In this document: positions 1-8,224 of the stretch, in pieces
Layout: each line of letters begins with the position of its first letter
Numbering within the stretch: the first letter of the stretch is position 1
IMG/VR virus record: IMGVR_UViG_3300027797_000064
Span: 1-36,720 of that record
Direction: 5' to 3' (one strand)
Source of the DNA: a virus
Taxonomy: Duplodnaviria > Caudoviricetes
DNA: 36,720 nucleotides
Notes under the pieces: model-generated
Seen by the model: the letters and a program-made list of their open reading frames with translations, nothing else
Databases searched by the model: none
What the model was told of the DNA's origin: nothing
Translations under genes and position numbers: made by a program

Positions 1-136
1 GTATTTGCGCTTTGTTCGCTATGTTGCCATCCCGGGAAGCGTAGCCCGTACCTTTACCTACCAGCCTAGGTCGGCGTGGAAGAGCACGAGTTCAACAACA
101 CAGGTTTCCGTGAATCTACAAGCGCAGTTCTATCAA
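1..136. repeat. Terminal overlap, copy 1 (matches 36585-36720)
   Basis: Direct comparison: identical except position 10 (C) vs 36594 (A), a synonymous CGC/CGA Arg change. Indicates a circular or circularly permuted assembly of ~36,584 bp. Confidence 0.97.
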
Positions 137-1306
137 AACGACATTGCTACAACAATAGGAACAAGCGATACCAAATCATCAACCCTTACTACCGTAGCCG
201 CCTCTACATGGGCTTGGGAGGTGTACGCCAACCCCAATTCCATTCCTGCCATCCCAACCGATGCGGCGTTTATTAGAGTTGCGGTAGGCGTGACCGTAAA
301 CACTTTGACAACGAGCGCATGGACAGTAGACCTGCACGAGGTACGCATTGACCATGGCGGGATTCAACTCCTCCTCTCGGACCAGAGCCAGCCCGGGGTC
401 TATGGCTATGGAACCATTTACCTCTACGGCGGGGTTATGTGGATCAGACCAAACGAGATTGCGACATCTGGTTCAAACCCAAGCATCTATCTGGACTCAA
501 CCACAGGGAACATTGGTATTGACCCGACAAGCACTGGCAGCGCGCAGATTCTTGGCAGCGCGTCAGTTACGGGAAACCTTTCTACATCAGGAGATCACAA
601 CCTTCAGGGCGACCTCAACATCGGCGTATCAGACACAAGTGCGCTTGGGGCAGTCATCTTTAAGGGAGGCAACGGCGGCTCTATCCGAGCATTCAGCGCA
701 ACAGCGGGCAACGATAGCCTCGCCATCAAGAATACAAGCGGGTCAGCGTACTCGCCACTAGTAGCGGATTCGTTCTTCCCCGGCGGGCAGGGTTCATTTA
801 GGCTAGACCATGACGGCAACTTTGACCTCAATGACTCCCTAGATGTAACGGGAAACATTACGGCAACAGGAACTATGGTTGCGACAGGCGACATTACAGG
901 CTCCGATGTGGTGTCCAATGGAGTCTTCTACAACGATCAGCCGCTTACAAGCACACTAACCACCAACGGAGTTCGCTTTACCCTTATTTCAGGCTCCCTA
1001 TTCCGCCTTGATCGCATTACCTCATCTGCTCGGTTTAAGACAGACATTGTAGACGCGGGTAACGAGGTGCTGGAAGCATCGCGCAGAGTTCACGCACGAC
1101 ACTACAAATCAACAATTTCTCACGAGAATGGCGGAACGCGCCTTGGCTTTATTGCGGAAGAGTTAATGGATGCTGGGCTAGATCATGCCGTCGGAGTTGA
1201 TGAAGAGGGAAGACCAGATACAATTGACCCCGTAGCACTTATTGCCGCTTTGTGGAAGCGGGTGGAAGACCTAGAGGCTCGCCTTGCTGAAGTAGAGGGT
1301 GTATGA
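1..1306 (+). CDS. Tail fibre/tailspike, 3' part (gene starts at 36232 and crosses the junction, ~552 aa in total), with a C-terminal peptidase S74-like intramolecular chaperone domain
   Basis: Frame is continuous with the ORF starting at 36232. Gly/Thr/Ser-rich beta repeats (GNITATG, GDITGSD). The C-terminus TSSARFKTDI...GFIAEEL...ALWKRVEDLEARL is typical of chaperone domains. Follows the tail genes. Confidence 0.85.
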   Translation, partial: YLRFVRYVAIPGSVARTFTYQPRSAWKSTSSTTQVSVNLQAQFYQNDIATTIGTSDTKSSTLTTVAASTWAWEVYANPNSIPAIPTDAAFIRVAVGVTVNTLTTSAWTVDLHEVRIDHGGIQLLLSDQSQPGVYGYGTIYLYGGVMWIRPNEIATSGSNPSIYLDSTTGNIGIDPTSTGSAQILGSASVTGNLSTSGDHNLQGDLNIGVSDTSALGAVIFKGGNGGSIRAFSATAGNDSLAIKNTSGSAYSPLVADSFFPGGQGSFRLDHDGNFDLNDSLDVTGNITATGTMVATGDITGSDVVSNGVFYNDQPLTSTLTTNGVRFTLISGSLFRLDRITSSARFKTDIVDAGNEVLEASRRVHARHYKSTISHENGGTRLGFIAEELMDAGLDHAVGVDEEGRPDTIDPVALIAALWKRVEDLEARLAEVEGV

Positions 1307-1488
1307 CCGAATCACAAGCACGCCAGATTATTAACAGGCTAGACGCTCAGTCCGCCAAGATTGACAAACTACAGAGCCAAATTGACGAGATGCGGGGCGG
1401 TCTTTCCGTCCTCAAGGCTATTGGAGGGTTGCTCGGAGTAGGGGGGATCGGCGCGCTGTTGGCGTGGCTACAGGCTCAGGGCAAGTAA
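1303..1488 (+). CDS. Small coiled-coil protein with C-terminal transmembrane segment (holin/lysis-accessory-like)
   Basis: ATGA overlap with the fibre gene; heptad-like N-terminus followed by hydrophobic LLGVGGIGALLAWL. Confidence 0.7.
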   Translation: MTESQARQIINRLDAQSAKIDKLQSQIDEMRGGLSVLKAIGGLLGVGGIGALLAWLQAQGK

Positions 1489-2561
1489 TGCGCCGCGCGC
1501 TCCTGCCGCTGGCATCAGCCGCAATCCTCCTCGCTTCCGTCGTAACGGTACGGGCTGAGTCCGCCTACCCCGCAATCAGGGTTGACCACACCATGGATTT
1601 CTTTGTGGTGGTTGAGTCCGAAACCTTCTTCAGCGCCGAGACAGATTTGTGTCCAGACACCGAAGCATTCTGGTGCGCTTCTCCCCCCTTTACCGATTCC
1701 GTCCTTTGGCTATACGACGACCAAGGCAACCAGTTGACCGCCAATGACGACGACCCCCGCAAGAACGGGCAATCCTACAATTCATACATCGGCATGACGC
1801 TATCCGCTGGCGTGTATCGGCTACGGTCTGGGCGCTTTGTCTGCTACGACGGCAGTTGCCTACACCCAGACGCTCCATTCCCAACGGACGGCTATTACGA
1901 CCTGCTCGCCAGCCTCCCGCTCATCCTTGACCCCAACCCTCCCGTTGCCAGCCCTACGGCTATCCCGTCCGAGTTGCCAACCCCAACCCCAACAGAAGAG
2001 CCTACCTATGAGCCAACCCCGCCGACCCCAGAACCAACGCCAGAGCCAACACCGCCATCCCCTGACCCTACGCCAACTGCTCCGCCTGAACCTAGCCCTA
2101 GCCCTTCTCCTTCTCCTGACCCTAGCCCTTCACCGCTCGTAACCCCAACGCCTACCGCGCCCCCTCCGAGTCCGACCGCCCCGCCCCCTAGCCCCACAGA
2201 ACCACCGCCATCACCAACGGAGCCGCCGCCGAGTCCGACCGAGCCGCCGCCAACGCCAACAGAACCTCCCCCCTCGCCTACGGAGCCACCACCGCCAATC
2301 TTTGACATTGAGTTGCCCAACCCTGTTGCAGCGGTAGAAGAAGCCATTGCGGCGTTGACCAGCCTAGGCAATGACCTGAGTCCAGAACAGAAGGAAGAGG
2401 CAGCGCGTACAATCGTTCCTGCAATCGTTATTACGCAGGTGGCGCAAGCCGCAGCGGCAGCGGCAGCAGCAGCCCAATCTTCGGGCGGCAGTTCAACCCC
2501 ATCAGGGGGAGGCGGAAAGGGCAATGGAAATGAAGCAAAGAATCGTAGACGCAATTCTTGA
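1488..2561 (+). CDS. Exported Pro-rich protein: signal peptide, PPC/DVUA0089-like beta domain, PPPSPTE repeats, C-terminal hydrophobic/Ala segment
   Basis: TAATG coupling at 1488; MRRALLPLASAAILLASVVTVRA is signal-like; DSVLWLYDDQGNQLTANDD resembles PPC domains; long P/T/S/E linker. Confidence 0.7.
   Translation: MRRALLPLASAAILLASVVTVRAESAYPAIRVDHTMDFFVVVESETFFSAETDLCPDTEAFWCASPPFTDSVLWLYDDQGNQLTANDDDPRKNGQSYNSYIGMTLSAGVYRLRSGRFVCYDGSCLHPDAPFPTDGYYDLLASLPLILDPNPPVASPTAIPSELPTPTPTEEPTYEPTPPTPEPTPEPTPPSPDPTPTAPPEPSPSPSPSPDPSPSPLVTPTPTAPPPSPTAPPPSPTEPPPSPTEPPPSPTEPPPTPTEPPPSPTEPPPPIFDIELPNPVAAVEEAIAALTSLGNDLSPEQKEEAARTIVPAIVITQVAQAAAAAAAAAQSSGGSSTPSGGGGKGNGNEAKNRRRNS
2152..2298 (+). repeat. In-frame tandem 21-nt repeats encoding PT(A/E)PPPS heptads
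   Basis: About 7 heptads in the translation; codons differ between copies. Confidence 0.8.
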
Positions 2562-2712
2562 TGCCGCCTCGTCCTCGTGGACATGGCTTGGCATGATCGT
2601 GGCATGGGCTGTAACCCCAGACGGGAGTACAAAGGACAGCATCGGCGGTGCTATTGTTGGCTTGCTAATCATCTGGCTACTTACAGGACCGCTTCGGTGG
2701 GGGAGGAATTAA
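2530..2712 (+). CDS. Small two-TM membrane protein (holin-like)
   Basis: Two hydrophobic segments, WTWLGMIVAWAV and GAIVGLLIIWLL. Start is 2524 or 2530. Confidence 0.65.
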   Translation: MKQRIVDAILDAASSSWTWLGMIVAWAVTPDGSTKDSIGGAIVGLLIIWLLTGPLRWGRN

Positions 2713-2715
2713 GCA

Positions 2716-2967
2716 ATGACCGCAACCGATCACATTGAGCAGATTCACGCCAACGGATGGACGCGAGTTGACACCGCCCCAGACGAATGGGTGGCGCTTG
2801 TGCCTAACGACAACAACAGCGCCTTTGGCGGCACGCTTTGGAAGCGCGGCTCTGATGGAGTTGACCATGCCGAAGGTGTAACCGAAGGGCATCCCGTGAC
2901 CGCCGCCCTTACCTTTGAGTCCGCAGCCCGCGTTATTGCCGTGCTGATTAAAGGGGGAAACGCCTGA
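2716..2967 (+). CDS. Hypothetical protein
   Basis: GGGAGG SD upstream; TGATG coupling to the next gene. Confidence 0.7.
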   Translation: MTATDHIEQIHANGWTRVDTAPDEWVALVPNDNNSAFGGTLWKRGSDGVDHAEGVTEGHPVTAALTFESAARVIAVLIKGGNA

Positions 2968-4100
2968 TGCCTTTGTACAGGGTTGCAAGCCAGTTATACA
3001 GCGACAGCGAAGCCCAGTTGAAGGGGGCTAAACAGATTCTGGACGATTGCACATGGTCATCATGCGCGGCAGCCATTGGCTGGAGTTCCCAGTATGAGGT
3101 ATCCCCGACAGCCGCAGAAGCCGTGATTGCCATGAAGAAGGTCACAGGTCGCAAGGATGTGCAGGGTGTCTCCGATAACGGCGGCTCTCTCGCAGAAGCC
3201 GTCAAGGTCATTGCACACTTTGGCGGCAAGGCTCGCTATGCCAAATCATGGGATGACGCAGTTGCCGCAGCAAAGGGCGGAGCAGCCCTCATGGTGTGGG
3301 TGCAGCAGCCGGTGTCCTACCCGGCAGGAGTCAAGATCAGCGCGTGGCACGACCGCTGGTTTAAGTGGTGGAGCAAAAATTCGCCAGAGAAGATTCGCCT
3401 TGGATACGGACACATGACCAGCGCGGGCTGGTGCGAAGATCACGGGTTCCAATGGGCTTGCCCGACCCGCGATACGAAGGTAGCCGCCGAGAGATACGGC
3501 GCGCCAGTGAGCGAGGAGCAGTTGCGCCAGATTGCCAACAGCAAGGTAAAGGCTGGCAAATTGAAGGCTGACTTCAAGGCGCTCCTGATCGTCACGCATC
3601 CGAGCAGGAAGATTGCCCCCGCAACCCCTGCTTCAGTTGCCCCTACGACCCCGATTTCCGCCACGCAGAGCGCCGTCATTGTTGATCCGCCGTCAACACC
3701 AGTTCCCGCAAAGAAAGTCATTGAGGCTGACCCTGCGTTGAGCGCGGCAGTTGCTGGGCTTGAGCGTGTAGACTGGGGCGCGAAGGCTGGTCAAGCCGCT
3801 GACGCTATTGGACATGCGGTTGAGTCAACGAAAGGACAAAGCGGCATGAACCGTGTATTCGGATTTATCAAAGCGATTAAGGACAACACAGGTCTGGACG
3901 AGGCAGTTCTGGAGGCAGCCCGTGTGTTCCTAAGCACCTGCATTGCCATGATGCTCGCCACCGGCTCCCCGCTGCTAGACATGAGCACGGGCGACTTCAA
4001 GGTTGTGGTCAGCGGTGGTCTCGCCGCAGCCCTGAATGTGGTGGTACGCTTCCTACAGCCGACCGATAATCAGTTTGGCGTTAAACCCAAAGGGAAGTAA
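2967..4100 (+). CDS. Putative endolysin (papain-fold/C39-like Cys-His peptidase) fused to a C-terminal holin-like membrane domain
   Basis: QILDDCTWSSCAAA and YGHMTSAG give candidate catalytic Cys and His. A P/A/T linker is followed by two hydrophobic helices ending in RFLQPTDNQFG. Lies in the lysis position after the tail genes. Confidence 0.6.
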   Translation: MPLYRVASQLYSDSEAQLKGAKQILDDCTWSSCAAAIGWSSQYEVSPTAAEAVIAMKKVTGRKDVQGVSDNGGSLAEAVKVIAHFGGKARYAKSWDDAVAAAKGGAALMVWVQQPVSYPAGVKISAWHDRWFKWWSKNSPEKIRLGYGHMTSAGWCEDHGFQWACPTRDTKVAAERYGAPVSEEQLRQIANSKVKAGKLKADFKALLIVTHPSRKIAPATPASVAPTTPISATQSAVIVDPPSTPVPAKKVIEADPALSAAVAGLERVDWGAKAGQAADAIGHAVESTKGQSGMNRVFGFIKAIKDNTGLDEAVLEAARVFLSTCIAMMLATGSPLLDMSTGDFKVVVSGGLAAALNVVVRFLQPTDNQFGVKPKGK

Positions 4101-4121
4101 TCGGAGCATAGGGAGGCAGAG

Positions 4122-4349
4122 ATGAATAAAGAACTTGAATCTATCCTTGCGCTGTCCTCTGTTAAACGGGGTAAGTGCTGGAGAGAGCGCCTGACCGACA
4201 AAGAGTTGGGCAAGGTAATTGACGAGGCGCTTGCCCATCCCGACATCACCTCTGCGGCTGTGGTCTTGTACCTCAAGCAGCGTGGAGTTGCCATTGGGCA
4301 GAATGTTGTTTCGCGACACCGACGCGGCAATTGCGCGTGTAACCGATGA
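4122..4349 (+). CDS. Small HTH-like/Cys-containing protein
   Basis: GGGAGG SD; C-terminal VSRHRRGNCAC; ATGA-coupled to the phosphoesterase. Confidence 0.7.
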   Translation: MNKELESILALSSVKRGKCWRERLTDKELGKVIDEALAHPDITSAAVVLYLKQRGVAIGQNVVSRHRRGNCACNR

Positions 4350-5542
4350 GCGAGAAGATCAACGAGTTGCTGGCGTTGCAGCAGCAATTGGATGCTCGGT
4401 CACCAAAGCGCAAACACCCAGACGGATGGGAACCCGGTGTTGAACTCACAGGAGCAAGCGGAAGGATTACCGCTCGCTCGCTAACCCAAGAGCCAGATTG
4501 GTCGCTTGTCCTTACTGAGTTGGGTCTAGACCCCGCTGTCTACGATGTTGCTAAAGACACCGTAAGCGTTCGTTCATGGGATACGCCTACGGCTGAAGGG
4601 CTTCAACGAGCGTTCTATTTCCGCGCCGATGTCAGCCTAAAGAAGGCTCCCTCTGGAGTTGACGAGGCGTTGGAGCGCATGGTTAAACGCCGCAAGCCCA
4701 AGGCGTTGCCAGATACGGCGGGCGAGTCTCTGTTGACCGTTGTGATTGGCGACCTGCAAATCGGCAAAGAGGGAACTGCGGCAACCATTGACCGATTCGG
4801 TATCGCCATTACCGAGGTAGAGGAACGATGGGCGGAGTTGCGACGACAGGGGCGACCGCTAGGTGGAATTCTCGTCACCTGCCTTGGCGACCTTGTTGAG
4901 CAGGTTGCTGGTCATTACCCAAACCAAACATTCACTGCTGAGTTGGATCACGGGCAGCAGGTGCGCGTCATGCGCCGATTGTTGGTTGAGGCTCTTGTTC
5001 GTTGGAGCAAGTTGCCAAACCTTGCCAGCATTGTTGTTGCAGCGGTGCCGGGTAACCATGGCGAGCAGCGCCCAGTGTTGACTGGCGTTACCGACAACGA
5101 CGACTTGGCGATTGTAGAAATGGCGGCGGACATCCTTGGCGCTAACCCAGAAGCCTTTGGTCATGTGCGGTTCGTCATAGCCAATGGACTCACCCAGACC
5201 ATTCAGCCGATTGAGGGCGGTCCAATTATTGGCATGGCGCACGGTCACCAGTCAGGGTCAGGCGCAACGCCACAGGCACGAGTTCAGAAATGGTGGAGCG
5301 GTCAGGCGCTTGGGCAAACCGCAATAGGCGACGCAGACATCCTGCTCACGGGTCACTATCATTCGCTTCAGTTGGCAACGGTAGGGCGCAGAACATGGAT
5401 GCAATGCCCAGCGTTGGACTCAGGCTCCCAGTGGTTCACCGAGCGATACGGCATTGGCGATTCGCCCGCTGGCGTGTTGACCTTTGTGTTGACAAAGAAG
5501 GGCTGGGAAGACCTCGCAGTGTTGAGTTGCGAAGAAGCCTAA
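4346..5542 (+). CDS. Calcineurin-like metallophosphoesterase (Mre11/SbcD-like fold)
   Basis: Ordered motifs GDLQIG, GDLVE, PGNHG, AHGHQ, TGHYH. Confidence 0.85.
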   Translation: MSEKINELLALQQQLDARSPKRKHPDGWEPGVELTGASGRITARSLTQEPDWSLVLTELGLDPAVYDVAKDTVSVRSWDTPTAEGLQRAFYFRADVSLKKAPSGVDEALERMVKRRKPKALPDTAGESLLTVVIGDLQIGKEGTAATIDRFGIAITEVEERWAELRRQGRPLGGILVTCLGDLVEQVAGHYPNQTFTAELDHGQQVRVMRRLLVEALVRWSKLPNLASIVVAAVPGNHGEQRPVLTGVTDNDDLAIVEMAADILGANPEAFGHVRFVIANGLTQTIQPIEGGPIIGMAHGHQSGSGATPQARVQKWWSGQALGQTAIGDADILLTGHYHSLQLATVGRRTWMQCPALDSGSQWFTERYGIGDSPAGVLTFVLTKKGWEDLAVLSCEEA

Positions 5543-5544
5543 AA

Positions 5545-5668
5545 GGCTTGTCAAGCCCCCTCTTTCTGAGCGTGGGTTTGCACAAACCTGAGCGTGGACT
5601 CCAAAAATCCCAAAAACCCATTTGATACAATTACCGTAGACCGAAAGGTTGTAGGGCTTGTCAGCCCG
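5545..5668. promoter_or_regulatory. Repeat-rich control region between the late and early gene blocks
   Basis: Palindrome GGCTTG-T-CAAGCC (5545-5557); direct repeat CTGAGCGTGG (5566-5575, 5588-5597) around GGTTTG-CA-CAAACC; CCAAAAA twice (5601, 5610). Confidence 0.45.
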
Positions 5669-5691
5669 CCTTGGTCAGTGGAGGTATCAGG

Positions 5692-5868
5692 ATGAAGGCT
5701 CCTGAACAGAACGATTGGGCAGCCGCGATGGCAGCCCTTCGTGAGCGGATGCAACCCATCTGCCCAAACAACAGTCGGCATGGGGCAGCCCTACCCGACG
5801 GCAAAGGCGGCGCGCGTTGCCAGACCTGCTCCGCCCAGCGCGGTCGGCACGCCCGCCGCTGGCTGTAA
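5692..5868 (+). CDS. Small Cys/His (Zn-ribbon-like) protein
   Basis: GGAGG SD before ATG 5692; CPNNSRH...CQTC. Confidence 0.6.
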   Translation: MKAPEQNDWAAAMAALRERMQPICPNNSRHGAALPDGKGGARCQTCSAQRGRHARRWL

Positions 5869-5892
5869 CAATTAACCCCCGTATTTAGGGGG

Positions 5893-5922
5893 TTGACGGG
5901 GCATTCCCCTTGGTTGTAGGGT
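5893..5922 (+). promoter_or_regulatory. Sigma70-type promoter TTGACG-N18-TAGGGT embedded in a hairpin
   Basis: Intergenic; followed by an AGGAAGGAAGGAAGG SD and ATG 5973. Confidence 0.6.
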
Positions 5923-5972
5923 TACCTCAGCCAAGGGGAGTTCCCGTGGCACAGGAAGGAAGGAAGGCACAC

Positions 5973-6335
5973 ATGACCCAGTTGACGAAGGAAGATAAGG
6001 CGAAGGCTCTCAACATCTGGTCACGCATGTCGGACTTGATGCGGGCGCATGTCCTCATGGACATTGAGCACCGAGAGCGCCGCCGCAATTGCTGCGAGCC
6101 GTATGACTGCATGTGCCACGAAATGTGTGGCGAGTTCGGTTTCTGCGGTGGTTGCAAATACGGCATGGAGTTGCGCCGCATTACCAGCAGCGTGTCACCG
6201 CTTGTTTGGAGGCTGGCTGACGAGATGCATTTGGAGAACCAGCGGCAGGTAGTTGCCTATGAGTTGCAGACCATGAAGGATTTGGAATCCGTTGGCGATT
6301 ACGCAGCGGCGCAGAGAATTTGGGAGGGTGCATGA
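5973..6335 (+). CDS. Cys-rich hypothetical early protein
   Basis: Strong SD; CCEPYDCMCHEMC...CGGC. Confidence 0.7.
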   Translation: MTQLTKEDKAKALNIWSRMSDLMRAHVLMDIEHRERRRNCCEPYDCMCHEMCGEFGFCGGCKYGMELRRITSSVSPLVWRLADEMHLENQRQVVAYELQTMKDLESVGDYAAAQRIWEGA

Positions 6336-6535
6336 CCGAAGCAATCACGATCCCCGAAGGGGAAGACTTTGCCGTATGCAGTTGCGGCAACGATGTGATG
6401 AAGGATGCGTTCGCAACAGTTGATGCCAGCGGCAACGAGGTAGAGCCAGAGGTTGGCGGCGGCTGGGTTGGTCATCTTCAGTGCAACGCATGCAAAGCAA
6501 TCGCCAATGTTCTTGGCGGGAAGGAGAATTCATGA
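6332..6535 (+). CDS. Small Zn-ribbon protein
   Basis: ATGA overlap; CSCGN...CNAC. Confidence 0.7.
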   Translation: MTEAITIPEGEDFAVCSCGNDVMKDAFATVDASGNEVEPEVGGGWVGHLQCNACKAIANVLGGKENS

Positions 6536-6804
6536 ACGGGTTTAAGGCAGTGAATGACAAAGCCTTGGCGGATACGCTGGGCAAGCGCGGAAAGATTGCG
6601 CGCATTGACTACGACGCTGCGGCAATTGCAATGGTGTCGGGTCAGATCGTGGCAGTTGAGACAGACAGCAAGGAGGACGCTTATCGCATTCGCGCAACAG
6701 CAATTGAGTCGTTGAAGAAGCGATTCCCCAACGGCGTGAAGACGAGAGTCGCCGTGATCAACGGAAAGTGGACGGCGCTATTTGGCGCAAGGGAGGCAAA
6801 GTGA
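6532..6804 (+). CDS. Hypothetical protein
   Basis: AAGGAG SD; ATGA overlap. Confidence 0.7.
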   Translation: MNGFKAVNDKALADTLGKRGKIARIDYDAAAIAMVSGQIVAVETDSKEDAYRIRATAIESLKKRFPNGVKTRVAVINGKWTALFGAREAK

Positions 6805-6935
6805 ACCAGACCTATAAGGAACTCAAGGAGGCTGCAAAGGCAAAGCAGCAAGCCGATGATCGCTTCCGAGTGCAGTTGATTGCTCTTGGGATTGCGATGC
6901 TGGTGTGGATTGCGTTTGAGGTGGTGACCTCATGA
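6801..6935 (+). CDS. 44-aa membrane peptide with C-terminal anchor (not in ORF track)
   Basis: My translation: MNQTYKELKEAAKAKQQADDRFRVQLIALGIAMLVWIAFEVVTS. GGGAGG SD; GTGA and ATGA overlaps on both sides. Confidence 0.75.
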   Translation: MNQTYKELKEAAKAKQQADDRFRVQLIALGIAMLVWIAFEVVTS

Positions 6936-7078
6936 ACGACATTATCCACACATGGCGTAAGCCAACCAGCCTTGAGGTTGAGGCTGCAAGGTTGAAGAAG
7001 AAGCGCCGCGACAAGTTTGCGGTCGGAGTCCTTACTGCGATCACCATTGTAATTGCAATTCTGGTTGGGAGGGCGTAA
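6932..7078 (+). CDS. 48-aa membrane peptide with C-terminal anchor (not in ORF track)
   Basis: My translation: MNDIIHTWRKPTSLEVEAARLKKKRRDKFAVGVLTAITIVIAILVGRA. GAGGTG SD; ATGA and TAATG coupling. Confidence 0.75.
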   Translation: MNDIIHTWRKPTSLEVEAARLKKKRRDKFAVGVLTAITIVIAILVGRA

Positions 7079-7356
7079 TGGCAACGGGATGGAAGAAGCC
7101 AAAGAAAGCCTTACAGCAGTTCCGTCGGATTACGACACTGGGCGATCAGGTCTTCTGGGTTGCAGATGACGGTGAAGGTCCAGTGTTCGCCCGTTGGGAT
7201 GGTCCGGGGAAACCGTTGATGCTGTCGCTTGGTAGCGCGTTCTACTCAGCGACATCTTCAGCGGAGATGCGAGTGCTCGCAACAGAGGCAGATGCAGAGG
7301 CGATTCTGCGATGGTTTGAGAAGGAGGCAGAACATGAGTCCAGCCAAGCCCAGTAA
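7078..7356 (+). CDS. Hypothetical protein
   Basis: GGGAGG SD; TAATG coupling. Confidence 0.7.
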   Translation: MATGWKKPKKALQQFRRITTLGDQVFWVADDGEGPVFARWDGPGKPLMLSLGSAFYSATSSAEMRVLATEADAEAILRWFEKEAEHESSQAQ

Positions 7357-8224
7357 GGCAATTGACCCAGCACGAAAGGGTCTGAGCAAGTCAACCGTCA
7401 CGGCTGCCGATTGGTGCGGTCGCAAGGCGGTTTACCTTGAGCAGGTGCGAGACAAGGATGGAAGGCGAGTTCATGCGGCGATGCCAGAAAGGGTTCACTT
7501 TGGTTCCGCCGTTGATGATGCAACCCAGTCGCTCATGGTTTGGTACAACACCGACAAGCGCATTCGCATGGAGGAAATCAGCATTGCCGCTCGCAACGGT
7601 GTGGAGAGCGTCAGGGGTAAGCAGTTCACCGATACGGTTGATTGGGATGTGTTTACCGAAGAGGTGGAGTTGGCTACCGCGCTATTCGCAGAGTGGCTGG
7701 TAACCAAGGCGCATCAGTCGCTGCCCGTTGATCAGGGGCTGGTCACGCAAGGCATTGACGGCGAGAGCCTCAAGGTTAAGTTGCCAAAGGCTGGTTTGGT
7801 CATTGGTACGCCAGACGCAATCTATGCGCCATTCACCGAGCATGCGGTAATCGTTGACATCAAGACTGGGCAGCGCGCCAAGTCAATGTCAGACCTGCAC
7901 GGTTCAGAGATGCGGTTCTATGCCGCCCTTTACGCCAAGCAGTTCCCTAACGCCCCGTTGCCGAGGTTGGCGTTGCTGTCGTACTCCCGACCAAAGGTGG
8001 CATGGAGCCTTGTAATGCGTCAGGCAACACCAGAGGATGTGGCGCTAGGGGTGCTGTCTGCTCAGGTGGTAGCCAAGTCAATCAAAGGAAAGCCAGAGCA
8101 CGCAACATTCAACACGCAGCAGTGCAAGTCATGTCAGTATGCTGCTCCGCTACCCGACTACGGGTTCGGCGGCTGTGAAGTAGGACGCATGTCCTTGAAG
8201 GAGGAGAGCAATGGGGAAGCCTGA
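7334..8224 (+). CDS. PD-(D/E)XK exonuclease, Cas4/RecB-like with Cys cluster
   Basis: LSKST...WCGRK, GTPDAI, IVDIKTG, CKSC...C. AAGGAGG SD before ATG 7334. Confidence 0.8.
   Translation: MSPAKPSKAIDPARKGLSKSTVTAADWCGRKAVYLEQVRDKDGRRVHAAMPERVHFGSAVDDATQSLMVWYNTDKRIRMEEISIAARNGVESVRGKQFTDTVDWDVFTEEVELATALFAEWLVTKAHQSLPVDQGLVTQGIDGESLKVKLPKAGLVIGTPDAIYAPFTEHAVIVDIKTGQRAKSMSDLHGSEMRFYAALYAKQFPNAPLPRLALLSYSRPKVAWSLVMRQATPEDVALGVLSAQVVAKSIKGKPEHATFNTQQCKSCQYAAPLPDYGFGGCEVGRMSLKEESNGEA

Noticed and set aside
1-136. End repeat as a biological direct terminal repeat
   Set aside because: It falls in the middle of the tail-fibre gene and its length fits an assembly overlap.
2006-2632. Minus-strand Gly-rich 208-aa ORF and other minus-strand ORFs (e.g. 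16677-17363, 33590-34126, 13638-14078)
   Set aside because: They are antisense shadows of well-supported + strand genes in GC-rich or low-complexity DNA and carry no recognisable motifs.
7334-8224. Cas4-like gene as part of a CRISPR-Cas locus
   Set aside because: It is a solo nuclease beside an annealing protein, the usual phage recombination pair, and there is no array.
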